From a virus: a stretch of DNA of 64,000 nucleotides. The position numbers and the translations under genes were made by a program. Below the pieces are notes generated by a model, which saw nothing but the letters and a program-made list of their open reading frames with translations, made no database searches and was not told the origin of the DNA. Location of the stretch: the IMG/VR virus record IMGVR_UViG_3300021364_000008, positions 1-64,000 of that record; one strand, 5' to 3'. The first letter of the stretch is position 1. Each line of letters starts with the position of its first letter. Of the stretch, positions 1 through 9,388 are shown one piece after another.

Positions 1-40
1 TAACTGAAATAATGTGTGAATGTAAATTTAAGTAAATATT

Positions 41-403
41 ATGGAACTGAAAGACTGGTTAAACTCAATTAATCTTTCAAAAGAAGATTTGTCTGAAAAT
101 ATAAAACAATATCCACCATATATCATTAACAAATGCCTATCCGGTAACCTTGATTGCATTCTTTATGCAAATGAGATGAATGTGAATCATCATTTAAGTA
201 AGGATATGCAATATGCATTTTACTTACACGCCATAAGAAAAATGAGGAGATTTTCTCCTTGGATAAATAAAAAGAAAATTGAAGACATTGAGATTATCAA
301 AAAATATTATGGTTACAGTAATGAAAAGGCTATACAATCTTTGAAAATCCTAAATAATTCTCAGATTAACTTCATAAAACAAAAATTTGAAAAAGGTGGG
401 TAA
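41..403 (+). CDS. 62: Clamp loader small subunit (T4 gp62-like)
   Basis: LKDWLNSIN, YPPYIINKCLS, RRFSPW, YYGYSNEKA motifs; directly upstream of regA as in T4-like phages. Confidence 0.9.
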   Translation: MELKDWLNSINLSKEDLSENIKQYPPYIINKCLSGNLDCILYANEMNVNHHLSKDMQYAFYLHAIRKMRRFSPWINKKKIEDIEIIKKYYGYSNEKAIQSLKILNNSQINFIKQKFEKGG

Positions 404-404
404 A

Positions 405-845
405 ATGGTAAATCAATCAAGCGAACCTCAGGTAAAATGGTCTCCTGAGATGATGGTGGAAGTAATTCTCAATGAACCTGATGACTTTTTGAAGGTTCGT
501 GAAACACTTACCAGGATTGGAGTAGCTTCAAGAAAAGAAAAGAAATTATATCAGTCCTGCCATATTCTTCATAAACAAGGTAGATATTATATTGTTCACT
601 TTAAAGAACTTTTTGCTCTTGATGGTAAGCACGCAAATCTTACTGTAAATGATGTTCAGCGTCGCAATCGTATAGTTCGTCTTCTTGCAGACTGGGGACT
701 AATTGGGGTTGTTAAAGAAGATGCTGTAATTGACATTGCTCCTCTTAATCAAATTAAAGTTATTTCATACAAAGAAAAGGGTGAGTGGATTTTGGAACAA
801 AAATATAATATTGGGAAGAAAACAAAATCTCAAGATGAAGAATAA
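405..845 (+). CDS. regA: Translational repressor RegA
   Basis: DDFLKVRETLTRIGVAS, LYQSCHILHKQGRYYIVHFKELF; ATG at 405 preferred to TTG at 387. Confidence 0.95.
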   Translation: MVNQSSEPQVKWSPEMMVEVILNEPDDFLKVRETLTRIGVASRKEKKLYQSCHILHKQGRYYIVHFKELFALDGKHANLTVNDVQRRNRIVRLLADWGLIGVVKEDAVIDIAPLNQIKVISYKEKGEWILEQKYNIGKKTKSQDEE

Positions 846-885
846 ATAAATCTTTTTATCTCTTTGGGGTTAAAATGGCATAAAG

Positions 886-916
886 GGAAGTAGGGTTTTT
901 ACTACTTCTTTTTTTA
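886..916 (+). terminator. Intrinsic terminator after regA
   Basis: GAAGTAG/CTACTTC stem followed by T-run. Confidence 0.6.
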
Positions 917-936
917 TGTCTTGTGGTAATATATAT

Positions 937-992
937 TGTGGATGCCGAAAGGATCCACACAATCAAACCTCGCTTAACAAGGAGTTATTAAA
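937..992 (+). promoter_or_regulatory. Structured hsp20 leader, ROSE-like thermometer candidate
   Basis: TGTGGAT-G-CC-GAAA-GG-ATCCACA hairpin, then TCGCT (970-974) able to pair with SD AAGGAG (979-984). Confidence 0.55.
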
Positions 993-1427
993 ATGACTAA
1001 CCTAGCAAGATACACTTCTGCAGATCTTCCGCAGTTGATGGATAGAATCACTCGTAATAGTATTGGTATGGATCAATATTTTGATCGTCTCTTTAATCTT
1101 CATGAAACATCATCGAATTATCCTCCATACAATTTAGTTCATGTAAGTAATGTTGAGTCTAGATTAGAACTTGCCCTTGCCGGATTTAGAAAGAAAGAAG
1201 TCAATGTCTACACTCAAGATGGTAAACTTTTTGTCGAAGGTCAAAAAGAAGATAAAGAAACGGAAACTAACTACCTGCACAAAGGTCTGGCTCAACGGAG
1301 TTTTACTAGAGCATGGACACTCTCTGATGACACGGAAGTTAGATCAGTTGATTTTGAGGATGGGCTTTTGACAATTGTTCTTGGTAAAATTATTCCAGAT
1401 CATCATAAGAGAAAGGATTGGTTCTAA
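993..1427 (+). CDS. hsp20: Small heat shock protein (Hsp20/IbpA family)
   Basis: NYPPYNL, LELALAGF, YLHKGLAQRSFTR, FEDGLL. Confidence 0.95.
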   Translation: MTNLARYTSADLPQLMDRITRNSIGMDQYFDRLFNLHETSSNYPPYNLVHVSNVESRLELALAGFRKKEVNVYTQDGKLFVEGQKEDKETETNYLHKGLAQRSFTRAWTLSDDTEVRSVDFEDGLLTIVLGKIIPDHHKRKDWF

Positions 1428-1462
1428 ATAATATTGGGCAATCCCCAAATATCGTCGCTGTA

Positions 1463-1516
1463 AAGAGGGGAACCTGGCAAAAACCAGGTTGACACCCCTC
1501 TTTTTTGTGGTATAAT
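1463..1516 (+). promoter_or_regulatory. Terminator hairpin overlapping a sigma70-type promoter
   Basis: AAGAGGGG...CCCCTCTT+T-run; TTGACA (1489) -16 nt- TATAAT (1511). Confidence 0.65.
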
Positions 1517-1537
1517 AAATTGAGATCCAAATAGACT

Positions 1538-1894
1538 ATGACTGTAAAAATTGCTGTATTTAAATCTGGAGAGCAAGTTATTTGCGATATAAAAGAAGGA
1601 TTTGATCAAGATAAACTCATTACATATCTGTTAGAAAATCCTTGTAAAATTAAAATTAATAGTAGGCATAAGTATTCTATTAATAATGAAGATCAGAAGG
1701 AACAAATGCACATTTCTTTGGAACCTTGGCCCACTTTTTCTGGAGATTCTGTAGTTCCAATTGTTACAGACTTTTTGGTGACTGCAGTTGAACCTGCAGC
1801 AGGATTGAAAAAAATGTATGAGGAGCAATTTAAAAATGAAACCAATCAAACTGATTCTATTGATGAACAATCAGATTCTGATCAGTCAGGTTGA
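1538..1894 (+). CDS. Conserved cyanophage protein (Sm-like type)
   Basis: KIAVFKSGEQVICDI...LEPWP; typical position between hsp20 and gp43. Confidence 0.7.
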   Translation: MTVKIAVFKSGEQVICDIKEGFDQDKLITYLLENPCKIKINSRHKYSINNEDQKEQMHISLEPWPTFSGDSVVPIVTDFLVTAVEPAAGLKKMYEEQFKNETNQTDSIDEQSDSDQSG

Positions 1895-2093
1895 AGAAGT
1901 AACCTCTGAGCTTGGAGAACCTGATTGTAGATTAACTGAACCATTTTTAGTAGATCAATCAGGTTCAACTTTATCACCTTGGTTGATTGAGTTTACAACT
2001 GAAAATCAATATATGATATCATCAGACAAAATTATAACTCTCTCTGATCCAAAACCAACCTTACTTGAAAAATATCAGGATTTGATTAAATGA
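1836..2093 (+). CDS. Conserved cyanophage hypothetical protein
   Basis: LGEPDCRLTEPF motif; stop overlaps pol start (ATGA). Confidence 0.7.
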   Translation: MKPIKLILLMNNQILISQVEEVTSELGEPDCRLTEPFLVDQSGSTLSPWLIEFTTENQYMISSDKIITLSDPKPTLLEKYQDLIK

Positions 2094-3565
2094 AGTTTTA
2101 TACAAACGTGCAAATGATTGGGAACAAGTTCCTAGTTCGTGGTTATGAGAATGGTGAGCACGTTATGTTCAAAGATGAATATAATCCAACACTTTATGTT
2201 AAAAGTAATAAGGAAACTAAATATAAAACATTAGATGGTGAGTATGTTGAGGCAATTCAACCGGGAACTGTGAAAGATTGTCGTGAATTTTATAAAAAGT
2301 ATGAAGGAGTTCAGAACTTTAAAATTTACGGTAATGACAGATATGTTTATCAGTATATTTCTGACAAATATCCTCAAGATGAAATTAAGTTTGATATTAA
2401 TAAAATCAAGCTTGTAACTCTTGATATTGAAGTGGGATCTGAAAATGGATTTCCTGACCCAAAAGTTTCTGATCAAGAAATTCTTCTTATTACAATTCAG
2501 GACTATTCTACTAAACAGATTATTACTTGGGGGAATGGTCCTTTTAAGAATAAGCAAAGTAATGTTTCTTATAGAGAATTTACAAATGAGTATTCTCTTC
2601 TAAATGATTTTTTATATTATTGGGAACATAATATGCCAGAAGTTGTTACTGGTTGGAATGTTCAGTTCTTTGATATTCCTTTCATTTATGGGAGATTGGA
2701 AAAAGTTCTTGGGGAAAAAAGAGCTAAATCATTTTCTCCTTGGGGATTGGTGAGTAAAGAGGAAGTATTTATCAATAATAGAACAAATTTATTGATGGAT
2801 ATTGGTGGAATTACTCAACTAGATTATCTTGATTTATATAAAAAATTTACTTATAAGGCACAAGAATCTTATCGTCTAGATCACATTGCTAATGTGGAAC
2901 TTGGGGAGAAGAAATTAGATCACTCAGAATTTGATACTTTCAAAGATTTCTACACCAATGGATGGCAAAAGTTTGTAGAATATAACATCATTGACGTGGA
3001 ACTTGTTGATAGATTGGAAGATAAGATGAAACTGATTGAACTTGCTTTAACTATGGCATTTGATGCCAAGGTTAATTTTGGAGATGTATTTTATCAGGTT
3101 CGTATGTGGGATAATATTATTTACAATTATTTGAAAAAGAGAAATATTGTAATTCCCCCAAAAGATAGGTCTGAAAAGAATGAAAAGTATGCTGGAGCTT
3201 ATGTTAAAGAACCAGTTCCTGGTATTTATGAATGGATTTTGTCTTTGGATTTGACATCTCTATATCCTTCCCTCATTATGCAATATAATATTTCTCCAGA
3301 AACTCTCCTTGATGAAAAATATTCAGGAGTATCTGTTGATAAATTATTGAATAAAGAAATTAATATTGAAAATATTGACGGAAAATGTGTATGTTCAAAT
3401 GGTTGTATGTATGATACAACTAAAAGGGGAATATTTTCAGAACTTGTGGAAAAAATTTTTAATGATAGACAGTATTTTAAAAAAGAAATGTTGAAGGAAA
3501 AAAATAGACTGGAGGAAATTGAAAGTGAATTAAAGAAAAGAGGAATTGATTTAAATACTTTATAA
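2090..3565 (+). CDS. 43: DNA polymerase B (gp43), N-terminal part: exonuclease, motif A, first fingers helix
   Basis: ExoI DIE, ExoII GWNVQFFD, ExoIII YNIID, motif A DLTSLYPS; stops before motif B. Confidence 0.93.
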   Translation: MKFYTNVQMIGNKFLVRGYENGEHVMFKDEYNPTLYVKSNKETKYKTLDGEYVEAIQPGTVKDCREFYKKYEGVQNFKIYGNDRYVYQYISDKYPQDEIKFDINKIKLVTLDIEVGSENGFPDPKVSDQEILLITIQDYSTKQIITWGNGPFKNKQSNVSYREFTNEYSLLNDFLYYWEHNMPEVVTGWNVQFFDIPFIYGRLEKVLGEKRAKSFSPWGLVSKEEVFINNRTNLLMDIGGITQLDYLDLYKKFTYKAQESYRLDHIANVELGEKKLDHSEFDTFKDFYTNGWQKFVEYNIIDVELVDRLEDKMKLIELALTMAFDAKVNFGDVFYQVRMWDNIIYNYLKKRNIVIPPKDRSEKNEKYAGAYVKEPVPGIYEWILSLDLTSLYPSLIMQYNISPETLLDEKYSGVSVDKLLNKEINIENIDGKCVCSNGCMYDTTKRGIFSELVEKIFNDRQYFKKEMLKEKNRLEEIESELKKRGIDLNTL

Positions 3566-3593
3566 TATAAATAATAAAGAGTGTTTAAGTCAA
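3546..3593 (+). promoter_or_regulatory. Hairpin with late promoter TATAAATA in the loop, abutting HEG start
   Basis: TTGATTTAAATACT (3546-3559) / AGTGTTTAAGTCAA (3580-3593), 2 G-U pairs; TATAAATA 3566-3573; ATG 3594. Confidence 0.75.
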
Positions 3594-4268
3594 ATGAATT
3601 ATTTAAAATCTTATTGTAAGTTAATTAGAACTGCTGAAAAAAGAAATTGGAAAAGGAAAAATATTGATTTTTATATCGAAGAACATCATATTTTTCCAAT
3701 ATCAATCTATGGAAAAAATGACAGAATAGTTGGATTGACACCAAGAGAACATTTTTTGGCACATTGGTTACTTTATAAAATTTGTATGAAAAGATATGGT
3801 CTAAGAAATAATAAAACATTTAGTATGGGTTCTGCTTTTGCTATGATGTGTGTTACTAATGATTTGCAAGAAAGGAATTATACATCTAGGAAGTATGAGA
3901 TAGTTAGAAATTGTTTATCTACTATAAGAACTGGAAAGTCTAGAGACGATATGAAAGGGAAAAAATATTTTGGGGCAAGTGAAGATGTTATAAAAGAAGG
4001 TATAGAAAAGATGAGGAAAAAGAAAACGGGAATGAAGATAGAATATCCAAAAAATAGAAAATCTTCTCCCTGTTCATCAGAAAAAATAAAAAAAATATCA
4101 GAAACTAGAAAAAATACAAGAGTTAAATTTATTTCTATGAGTGAAGAAGAATTTGAATTGTGGATCTCCAAACAAAATTTTTATAGGAAAGATGGTGCGA
4201 GAAATTCAAATGTTACTCGTACATTAATGTGGAGAAATATTCCTTTGGAGAAATACTATGGGACTTGA
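3594..4268 (+). mobile_element. Free-standing HNH homing endonuclease splitting gp43
   Basis: EEHHIFP...LTPREHFLAHWLL HNH core; basic C-terminal region. Confidence 0.85.
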
Positions 4269-5367
4269 TTATTCAAAAATTTCTACAGATGAGTTGAAAA
4301 AGCAACGTCAAAATTGTATTAAAAGTATTTCGAAATATACAAATAATCAAATGGCAAGAAAAATACAACTTAATAGTTTGTATGGGGCAATAGGAAACGC
4401 ATACTTCAGGTATTACAAACTAGCAAACGCAGAAGCAATTACTCTTTCTGGTCAACTCTCAATTCGTTGGATTGAAAATAGAATGAATCAGTTTCTAAAT
4501 AAGATTTTAAAAACTAAGGATGTAGATTATGTCATCGCATCTGACACAGATTCAATTTATCTTAATCTTGGACCTATTGTTAATAAATTTTTTAATAATA
4601 AAGTTGGGAACAAGAACAAGATTGTGGAACTCTTGGATAAGATATGTCAAGAGCAGTTTGAACCGTTCATCGAATCCAGTTATAAAGAACTTGCGTCATA
4701 TGTCAATGCATATGAGCAAAAAATGCAAATGAAGAGAGAAAATATTGCCGATCGTGGAATATGGACTGCTAAAAAAAGATATATCTTGAATGTCTGGGAT
4801 AGTGAAGGTGTTCGATATGAAGAACCTAAACTTAAGATGATGGGAATTGAAGCAGTCAAATCTTCTACTCCAGCACCTTGTCGTAAGATGATTAAAAATG
4901 CTCTTAAGTTGATGATGAGTGGTACTGAGGATGATGTAATTGATTTTATTGAGAAATGTCGCTCTCAATTTAATAAATTTTCGCCAGAAGAAATAGCATT
5001 TCCTAGAACTGTAACTGATGTGGAAAAATGGAAATCATCATCTGGAATCTATAGTAAGGGAACACCCATTCACGTTCGTGGAGCACTTCTTTTCAATCAT
5101 TATATTAAAGAGAAAAAATTAACTAACAAATACTCTTTGATTCAAAATGGCGAAAAGATTAAATTTTGCTACTTAAAAAAACCAAACATTATTCATGAGA
5201 ATGTGATATCTTTTATATCAGATTTTCCGAAGGAATTTGGTATTGACAAGTATATTGATTATGAACTACAATTTGAAAAAGCATTCTTAGAACCACTTAA
5301 ATCAATTCTTGATGCTATTGGATGGAAAACAGAAAAAACAACTAGTCTGGAGGACTTTTTTTCATAA
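4258..5367 (+). CDS. 43: DNA polymerase B (gp43), C-terminal part
   Basis: Motif B KIQLNSLYG, motif C DTDS, KKRY, C-terminal clamp-binding SLEDFF. Confidence 0.93.
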   Translation: MGLDYSKISTDELKKQRQNCIKSISKYTNNQMARKIQLNSLYGAIGNAYFRYYKLANAEAITLSGQLSIRWIENRMNQFLNKILKTKDVDYVIASDTDSIYLNLGPIVNKFFNNKVGNKNKIVELLDKICQEQFEPFIESSYKELASYVNAYEQKMQMKRENIADRGIWTAKKRYILNVWDSEGVRYEEPKLKMMGIEAVKSSTPAPCRKMIKNALKLMMSGTEDDVIDFIEKCRSQFNKFSPEEIAFPRTVTDVEKWKSSSGIYSKGTPIHVRGALLFNHYIKEKKLTNKYSLIQNGEKIKFCYLKKPNIIHENVISFISDFPKEFGIDKYIDYELQFEKAFLEPLKSILDAIGWKTEKTTSLEDFFS

Positions 5368-6284
5368 TGGATTTTTTAAAGGACATTGTAAAGGAAATTG
5401 GTGACGATTACACACAACTTGCATCTGAAATTGATGAAACTGAAACTTATGTAGACACAGGTTCATATATTTTTAACGCATTAGTTTCTGGTAGTGTATT
5501 TGGTGGTGTATCTGGAAATAAAATTACTGCCATTGCTGGTGAGTCTTCTACTGGCAAAACTTTCTTTTCTCTTGCTGTTGTTAAAAATTTTCTTGATAGT
5601 AACCCAGATGGTTACTGCCTGTATTTTGATACTGAAGCAGCGATCACTAAATCTCTTTTGGAGAGTCGTGGAGTTGATACAACCAGAACTGTTGTTGTCA
5701 ATGTCGTAACAATTGAAGACTTTCGTACCAAAGCATTGAAAGCTGTAGATATCTACTTAAAGAAACCTGTAGAAGAACGCAAACCTTGTATGTTTGTGCT
5801 AGACTCTTTGGGTATGCTCTCAACTGAGAAAGAAATCAAAGATGCTCTAGATGATAAGCAAGTTCGTGATATGACCAAATCACAACTTGTAAAGGGTGCA
5901 TTCCGAATGCTAACTCTCAAGTTGGGTCAAGCAAAAATTCCAATGATTGTGACTAATCACGTATATTCCGTAATTGGACAATATGTTCCTATGCAGGAAA
6001 TGGGTGGGGGTTGTTTAGTTGCGGGAACTAAGATACAAACAGAAAATGGTTCTATTCCTATTGAATCTATTCAAGTTGGTGACAAAGTGAGAACTATGTT
6101 TGGTTATTCATCAGTTACTCACACTTTCCATTTCACCGACAAAGATGTTTATGAATTGGAATTGGAGGATGGAGAAACTATTAGATGTTCTGGTGAACAT
6201 AAATTTTTAGTAGATACTGGAGATGGTTATGAATGGAAATCTGTTACTGAGTTATTACCTTCAGATACTATCAAATCTATGTGA
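5367..6284 (+). CDS. uvsX: UvsX recombinase N-extein fused to 90-aa N-intein (6012-6281)
   Basis: Walker A GESSTGKT, VLDSLG; after EMGGG comes CLVAGTKI (block A) and IRCSGEHKF (block B). Confidence 0.92.
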   Translation: MDFLKDIVKEIGDDYTQLASEIDETETYVDTGSYIFNALVSGSVFGGVSGNKITAIAGESSTGKTFFSLAVVKNFLDSNPDGYCLYFDTEAAITKSLLESRGVDTTRTVVVNVVTIEDFRTKALKAVDIYLKKPVEERKPCMFVLDSLGMLSTEKEIKDALDDKQVRDMTKSQLVKGAFRMLTLKLGQAKIPMIVTNHVYSVIGQYVPMQEMGGGCLVAGTKIQTENGSIPIESIQVGDKVRTMFGYSSVTHTFHFTDKDVYELELEDGETIRCSGEHKFLVDTGDGYEWKSVTELLPSDTIKSM

Positions 6285-6289
6285 AAGTT

Positions 6290-6326
6290 GGTTCTGGACT
6301 AAATAATAATAGTTTAGTCCAGAACC
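6290..6326 (+). promoter_or_regulatory. Perfect 14-bp hairpin with late promoter (CTAAATA) abutting HEG start
   Basis: GGTTCTGGACTAAA / TTTAGTCCAGAACC; TTG start at 6327. Confidence 0.75.
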
Positions 6327-7001
6327 TTGTTTTTATCAAATAAGTATACTGATTGTTATTTCCGTATTATTAATAAGGCAAATCTTAGGAAACTTCCTCA
6401 AATTACTGAATGTCATCATATTATACCTAAATCATTAGGTGGAGGGGAAGAAGCAGAAAACAAAGTATATTTAACACCAAGAGAACATTTTGTCTGTCAC
6501 CATCTTCTTCTGAAAATGTTGGAGGGAAAATTAAAGCAGAAAATGTGTTATGCCTTTTATAATATGAAACGTAGTAATGGTAATGGTGTTAGATGTAAAA
6601 ATGTCAATTCTTATGATAGAATAAGATCACACTACTCACATCTTACTTCGGGTGAAAACAATCCATTTTATGGTAAGGGACATTATGGATTTTCTAACCC
6701 GATGTCAAACCCTGAAGTTCGGGAGAAACATAAACAAATCGTTTCTTCACCTGAACATAGAAAGAAGATGAGTGATAAAATGTCTGGTGAAAATAATCCA
6801 TTTTACGGAAGAACTCATTCAGATGAAACCAAGAAACATCTTTCTGAGTTGGCGTCTCAGAGAATAGGTAAAAACTCTCCCCGTTATGGGAAGAAACACA
6901 AACAAGTTGTTTGTGAACACTGCCAAAAACAAATCACTTACCCAATGTATAAGAGGTGGCATGGAACGAACTGTAAAATCTATAAAGAAAATAAAAACTG
7001 A
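6327..7001 (+). mobile_element. HNH homing endonuclease with NUMOD3-like repeats between the uvsX intein halves
   Basis: ECHHIIPKSLGG...LTPREHFVCHHLL; GENNPFYG x2, HSDETKK; CxxC tail. Confidence 0.88.
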
Positions 7002-7431
7002 AGATGTTTATGACATCACTGTTGAGGGAGAACATCATTATATTCTTGATAATGGTGTTGTGTCTCATAACTCTGGTCTTAAATATGCTGCTTCTACAAT
7101 CATTTATCTTTCTAAAAAGAAGGAGAAAGATGGAACAGAAGTCATTGGAAATATTATTAAAGCAAAGACTGCAAAATCACGCTTGAGTAAAGAAAATAAG
7201 GAAGTAGAGATTCGCTTGTATTATGATGAGAGGGGGCTAGACCGATACTATGGTCTCTTGGAGCTTGGAGAAATCGGTGGACTTTGGAAAAATGTAGCAG
7301 GACGCTATGAAATTGATGGTAAGAAAATTTATGGGAAACAAATTCTTGCAGAACCTGAAAAATATTTTACGCCCGAATTAATGGAGAAACTTGATGAAAT
7401 TGCGAGACACGAATTTAGTTACGGTAAGTAA
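6961..7431 (+). CDS. uvsX: 37-aa C-intein (6961-7071) fused to UvsX C-extein
   Basis: [33 protein letters not shown]|SGLKYAAS; GAGGTG upstream of ATG 6961. Confidence 0.92.
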   Translation: MERTVKSIKKIKTEDVYDITVEGEHHYILDNGVVSHNSGLKYAASTIIYLSKKKEKDGTEVIGNIIKAKTAKSRLSKENKEVEIRLYYDERGLDRYYGLLELGEIGGLWKNVAGRYEIDGKKIYGKQILAEPEKYFTPELMEKLDEIARHEFSYGK

Positions 7432-8080
7432 AACACCATTATCACTATTTCCAATACCTGTTGAAATCTTTAATTTTAATAATCATTATCACGATTTAAA
7501 TGTATCTTTAATTGAAGATATAATTAAAGAAAAGAATAATGATCCTTCTGGTGCTAATCACAGCAATATGTGGGGGTGGCACAGTAAAACAAATTTGGAA
7601 AGAGTTTATGAGAGTTTTACTAGACTCAAAGATATAATTGAATCATGTGGAAATGAGTATTGTAAACAGTATGGATATAAAGATGGTTTAGTATGCTCAG
7701 ATCTTTGGGCAAATGTGAATGGTCCTAATGATTTAAATTTTAATCATCACCACGGAACTTCTGCTCTTGCTGGTGTTTATTATCCAGTCGAATCAATACT
7801 TGACTGTGGTTGTATTTTCAACTACACTAATAATAACCCATTAAAAGGTGGCACTTGGAATAATGTTGATGGGGGATCTCTTGTTTTTCAAGATCCTTCC
7901 TACGGAAAGAAAATCCATCTCATAAAGGATAAAGATTCTCCGTATAATGTAGATTTTTATCATTTATATCCAACTTCTGGAGTTTTGGTTTTATTTCCAA
8001 CCTACTTATTGCATAGTGTACTTCCATTCAGAGATGATAAAACTAGGGTAAGTATATCTTTTGCATTTATCTATGGATAA
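7391..8080 (+). CDS. Putative 2OG-Fe(II) oxygenase (TIGR02466-like)
   Basis: [28 protein letters not shown]; start uncertain. Confidence 0.8.
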   Translation: MMKLRDTNLVTVSKTPLSLFPIPVEIFNFNNHYHDLNVSLIEDIIKEKNNDPSGANHSNMWGWHSKTNLERVYESFTRLKDIIESCGNEYCKQYGYKDGLVCSDLWANVNGPNDLNFNHHHGTSALAGVYYPVESILDCGCIFNYTNNNPLKGGTWNNVDGGSLVFQDPSYGKKIHLIKDKDSPYNVDFYHLYPTSGVLVLFPTYLLHSVLPFRDDKTRVSISFAFIYG

Positions 8081-8702
8081 AATTGAATTTTTAATATTGA
8101 AGTGTCTTATTAACAATGAAGAATATGCTAGAAAAGTTTTACCCTTTATTAAGGAAGAATATTTTGAAGAATTTGAGCAAAAGGTAGTATTTCAAGAAAT
8201 TTCTAAGTTTATTCTTGAGTATAATAAAATTCCCACAAAGCAAATTCTTGATATTGAAGTTGAAAAACGTAATGATATCAATGGAGATCAATATAAATCC
8301 ATAAGCCAACTAGTTGATAATCTTGATGAAATTGCTGTTGAATATAAATGGTTGATTGATTGTACAGAAAAATGGTGTAGAGATCGTGCAATTTATCTTG
8401 CCCTGATTGAATCTATTCAACTGGTAGATGATAAGGGTGATAAAAATAGAGATGCAATTCCATCAATATTGCAAGATGCTCTTTCAGTTTCATTTGACAA
8501 TCACGTAGGCCATGATTATCTTCAGGACTACAAAGGAAGATTTGAATTTTATAATAAAAAGGAGGAACGAGTTGAATTTGATTTGGAATATTTTAACAAA
8601 ATTACCAAAGGTGGTCTCCCTAATAAAACTCTCAATATCGCACTTGCTGGTTGTGTTCACCCAGAAACCAAAGTTAAGATTAGATTTAGGAAGATTTCTT
8701 GA
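8073..8702 (+). CDS. 41: Replicative helicase gp41 N-extein fused to 16-aa N-intein (8652-8699)
   Basis: TEKWCRDRAIY, VGHDY, KGGLPNKTLNIALAG then CVHPETKVKIRFRKIS-stop inside Walker A. Confidence 0.92.
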   Translation: MDKIEFLILKCLINNEEYARKVLPFIKEEYFEEFEQKVVFQEISKFILEYNKIPTKQILDIEVEKRNDINGDQYKSISQLVDNLDEIAVEYKWLIDCTEKWCRDRAIYLALIESIQLVDDKGDKNRDAIPSILQDALSVSFDNHVGHDYLQDYKGRFEFYNKKEERVEFDLEYFNKITKGGLPNKTLNIALAGCVHPETKVKIRFRKIS

Positions 8703-9354
8703 TTTTGGAGTTTGGTGCTGGTTCTCCTGTTCCAAATTTCCAACCTTCGTTTAATTTAGTATCAACATCTTCTGGAAGTATTCTTTTCCATCCTTTTGTT
8801 CCTGGTAAGTGCATTACCTTTTTGCCTTTGTGTGCCTTTCCTCCAAGAGATGCTCTTTCCCTTCTTCCTTGATTTGATGCCCAGTAATTAAATTCTTTTG
8901 ATGCTCTCTTTTTTCCTCCAAGAGATGCTCTTTCTTTTCTGCCTTCTTCTGTGCTCCAATAATAAAAATTTTTAACTTTATTGTTTAGATATTCTTGTTT
9001 TTGAGTTTCTATTCCTTTAATCATCCATTCTTTTCTTTCTTCTACTGGTGTTGAAAAGAAACCAAGTTGATTATCTCTACAAAACTCTCCAATTATTTTT
9101 CTATGTTGTGGTGATAAATTAGCACCTAACATTTTCATAGATCTTAAATCATTTGGATTTTTGTAAATCTTCCAAAGTAAATAGTGTGCTATGATGTGTT
9201 CTCTAACATTCAAGTATGTGAGGTTGCAATCATCATCTGTTCCTCCCATATGTTTAGGAACAATATGATGCTCGTGTAGTCCTGAATATTTCTTATAGTT
9301 TTCTCTTCTTAACTTATTGCCTTCGCATAAGTTAGAATAGATACGATCAAACAT
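8686..9354 (-). mobile_element. HNH homing endonuclease, antisense, between the gp41 intein halves
   Basis: HEHHIVPKHMGG...NLTYLNVREHIIAHYLL; repeated ERASLGGK; TATAAATA on minus strand at 9377-9384. Confidence 0.88.
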
Positions 9355-9388
9355 TCCCTGTCCCTGCTACTGTTATTATTTATATAAA

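Noticed and set aside
3566-4257. Group I intron in gp43 (likewise uvsX, gp41, nrdA)
   Set aside because: Non-coding gaps are only tens of nt, with no recognisable P-Q-R-S core, and the downstream halves have their own starts and added peptides.
6886-6960. N-terminal extension of UvsX-C in the ORF track
   Set aside because: ATG 6961 has an SD-like GAGGTG and gives a normal-length C-intein; the extension lies wholly within the HNH gene.
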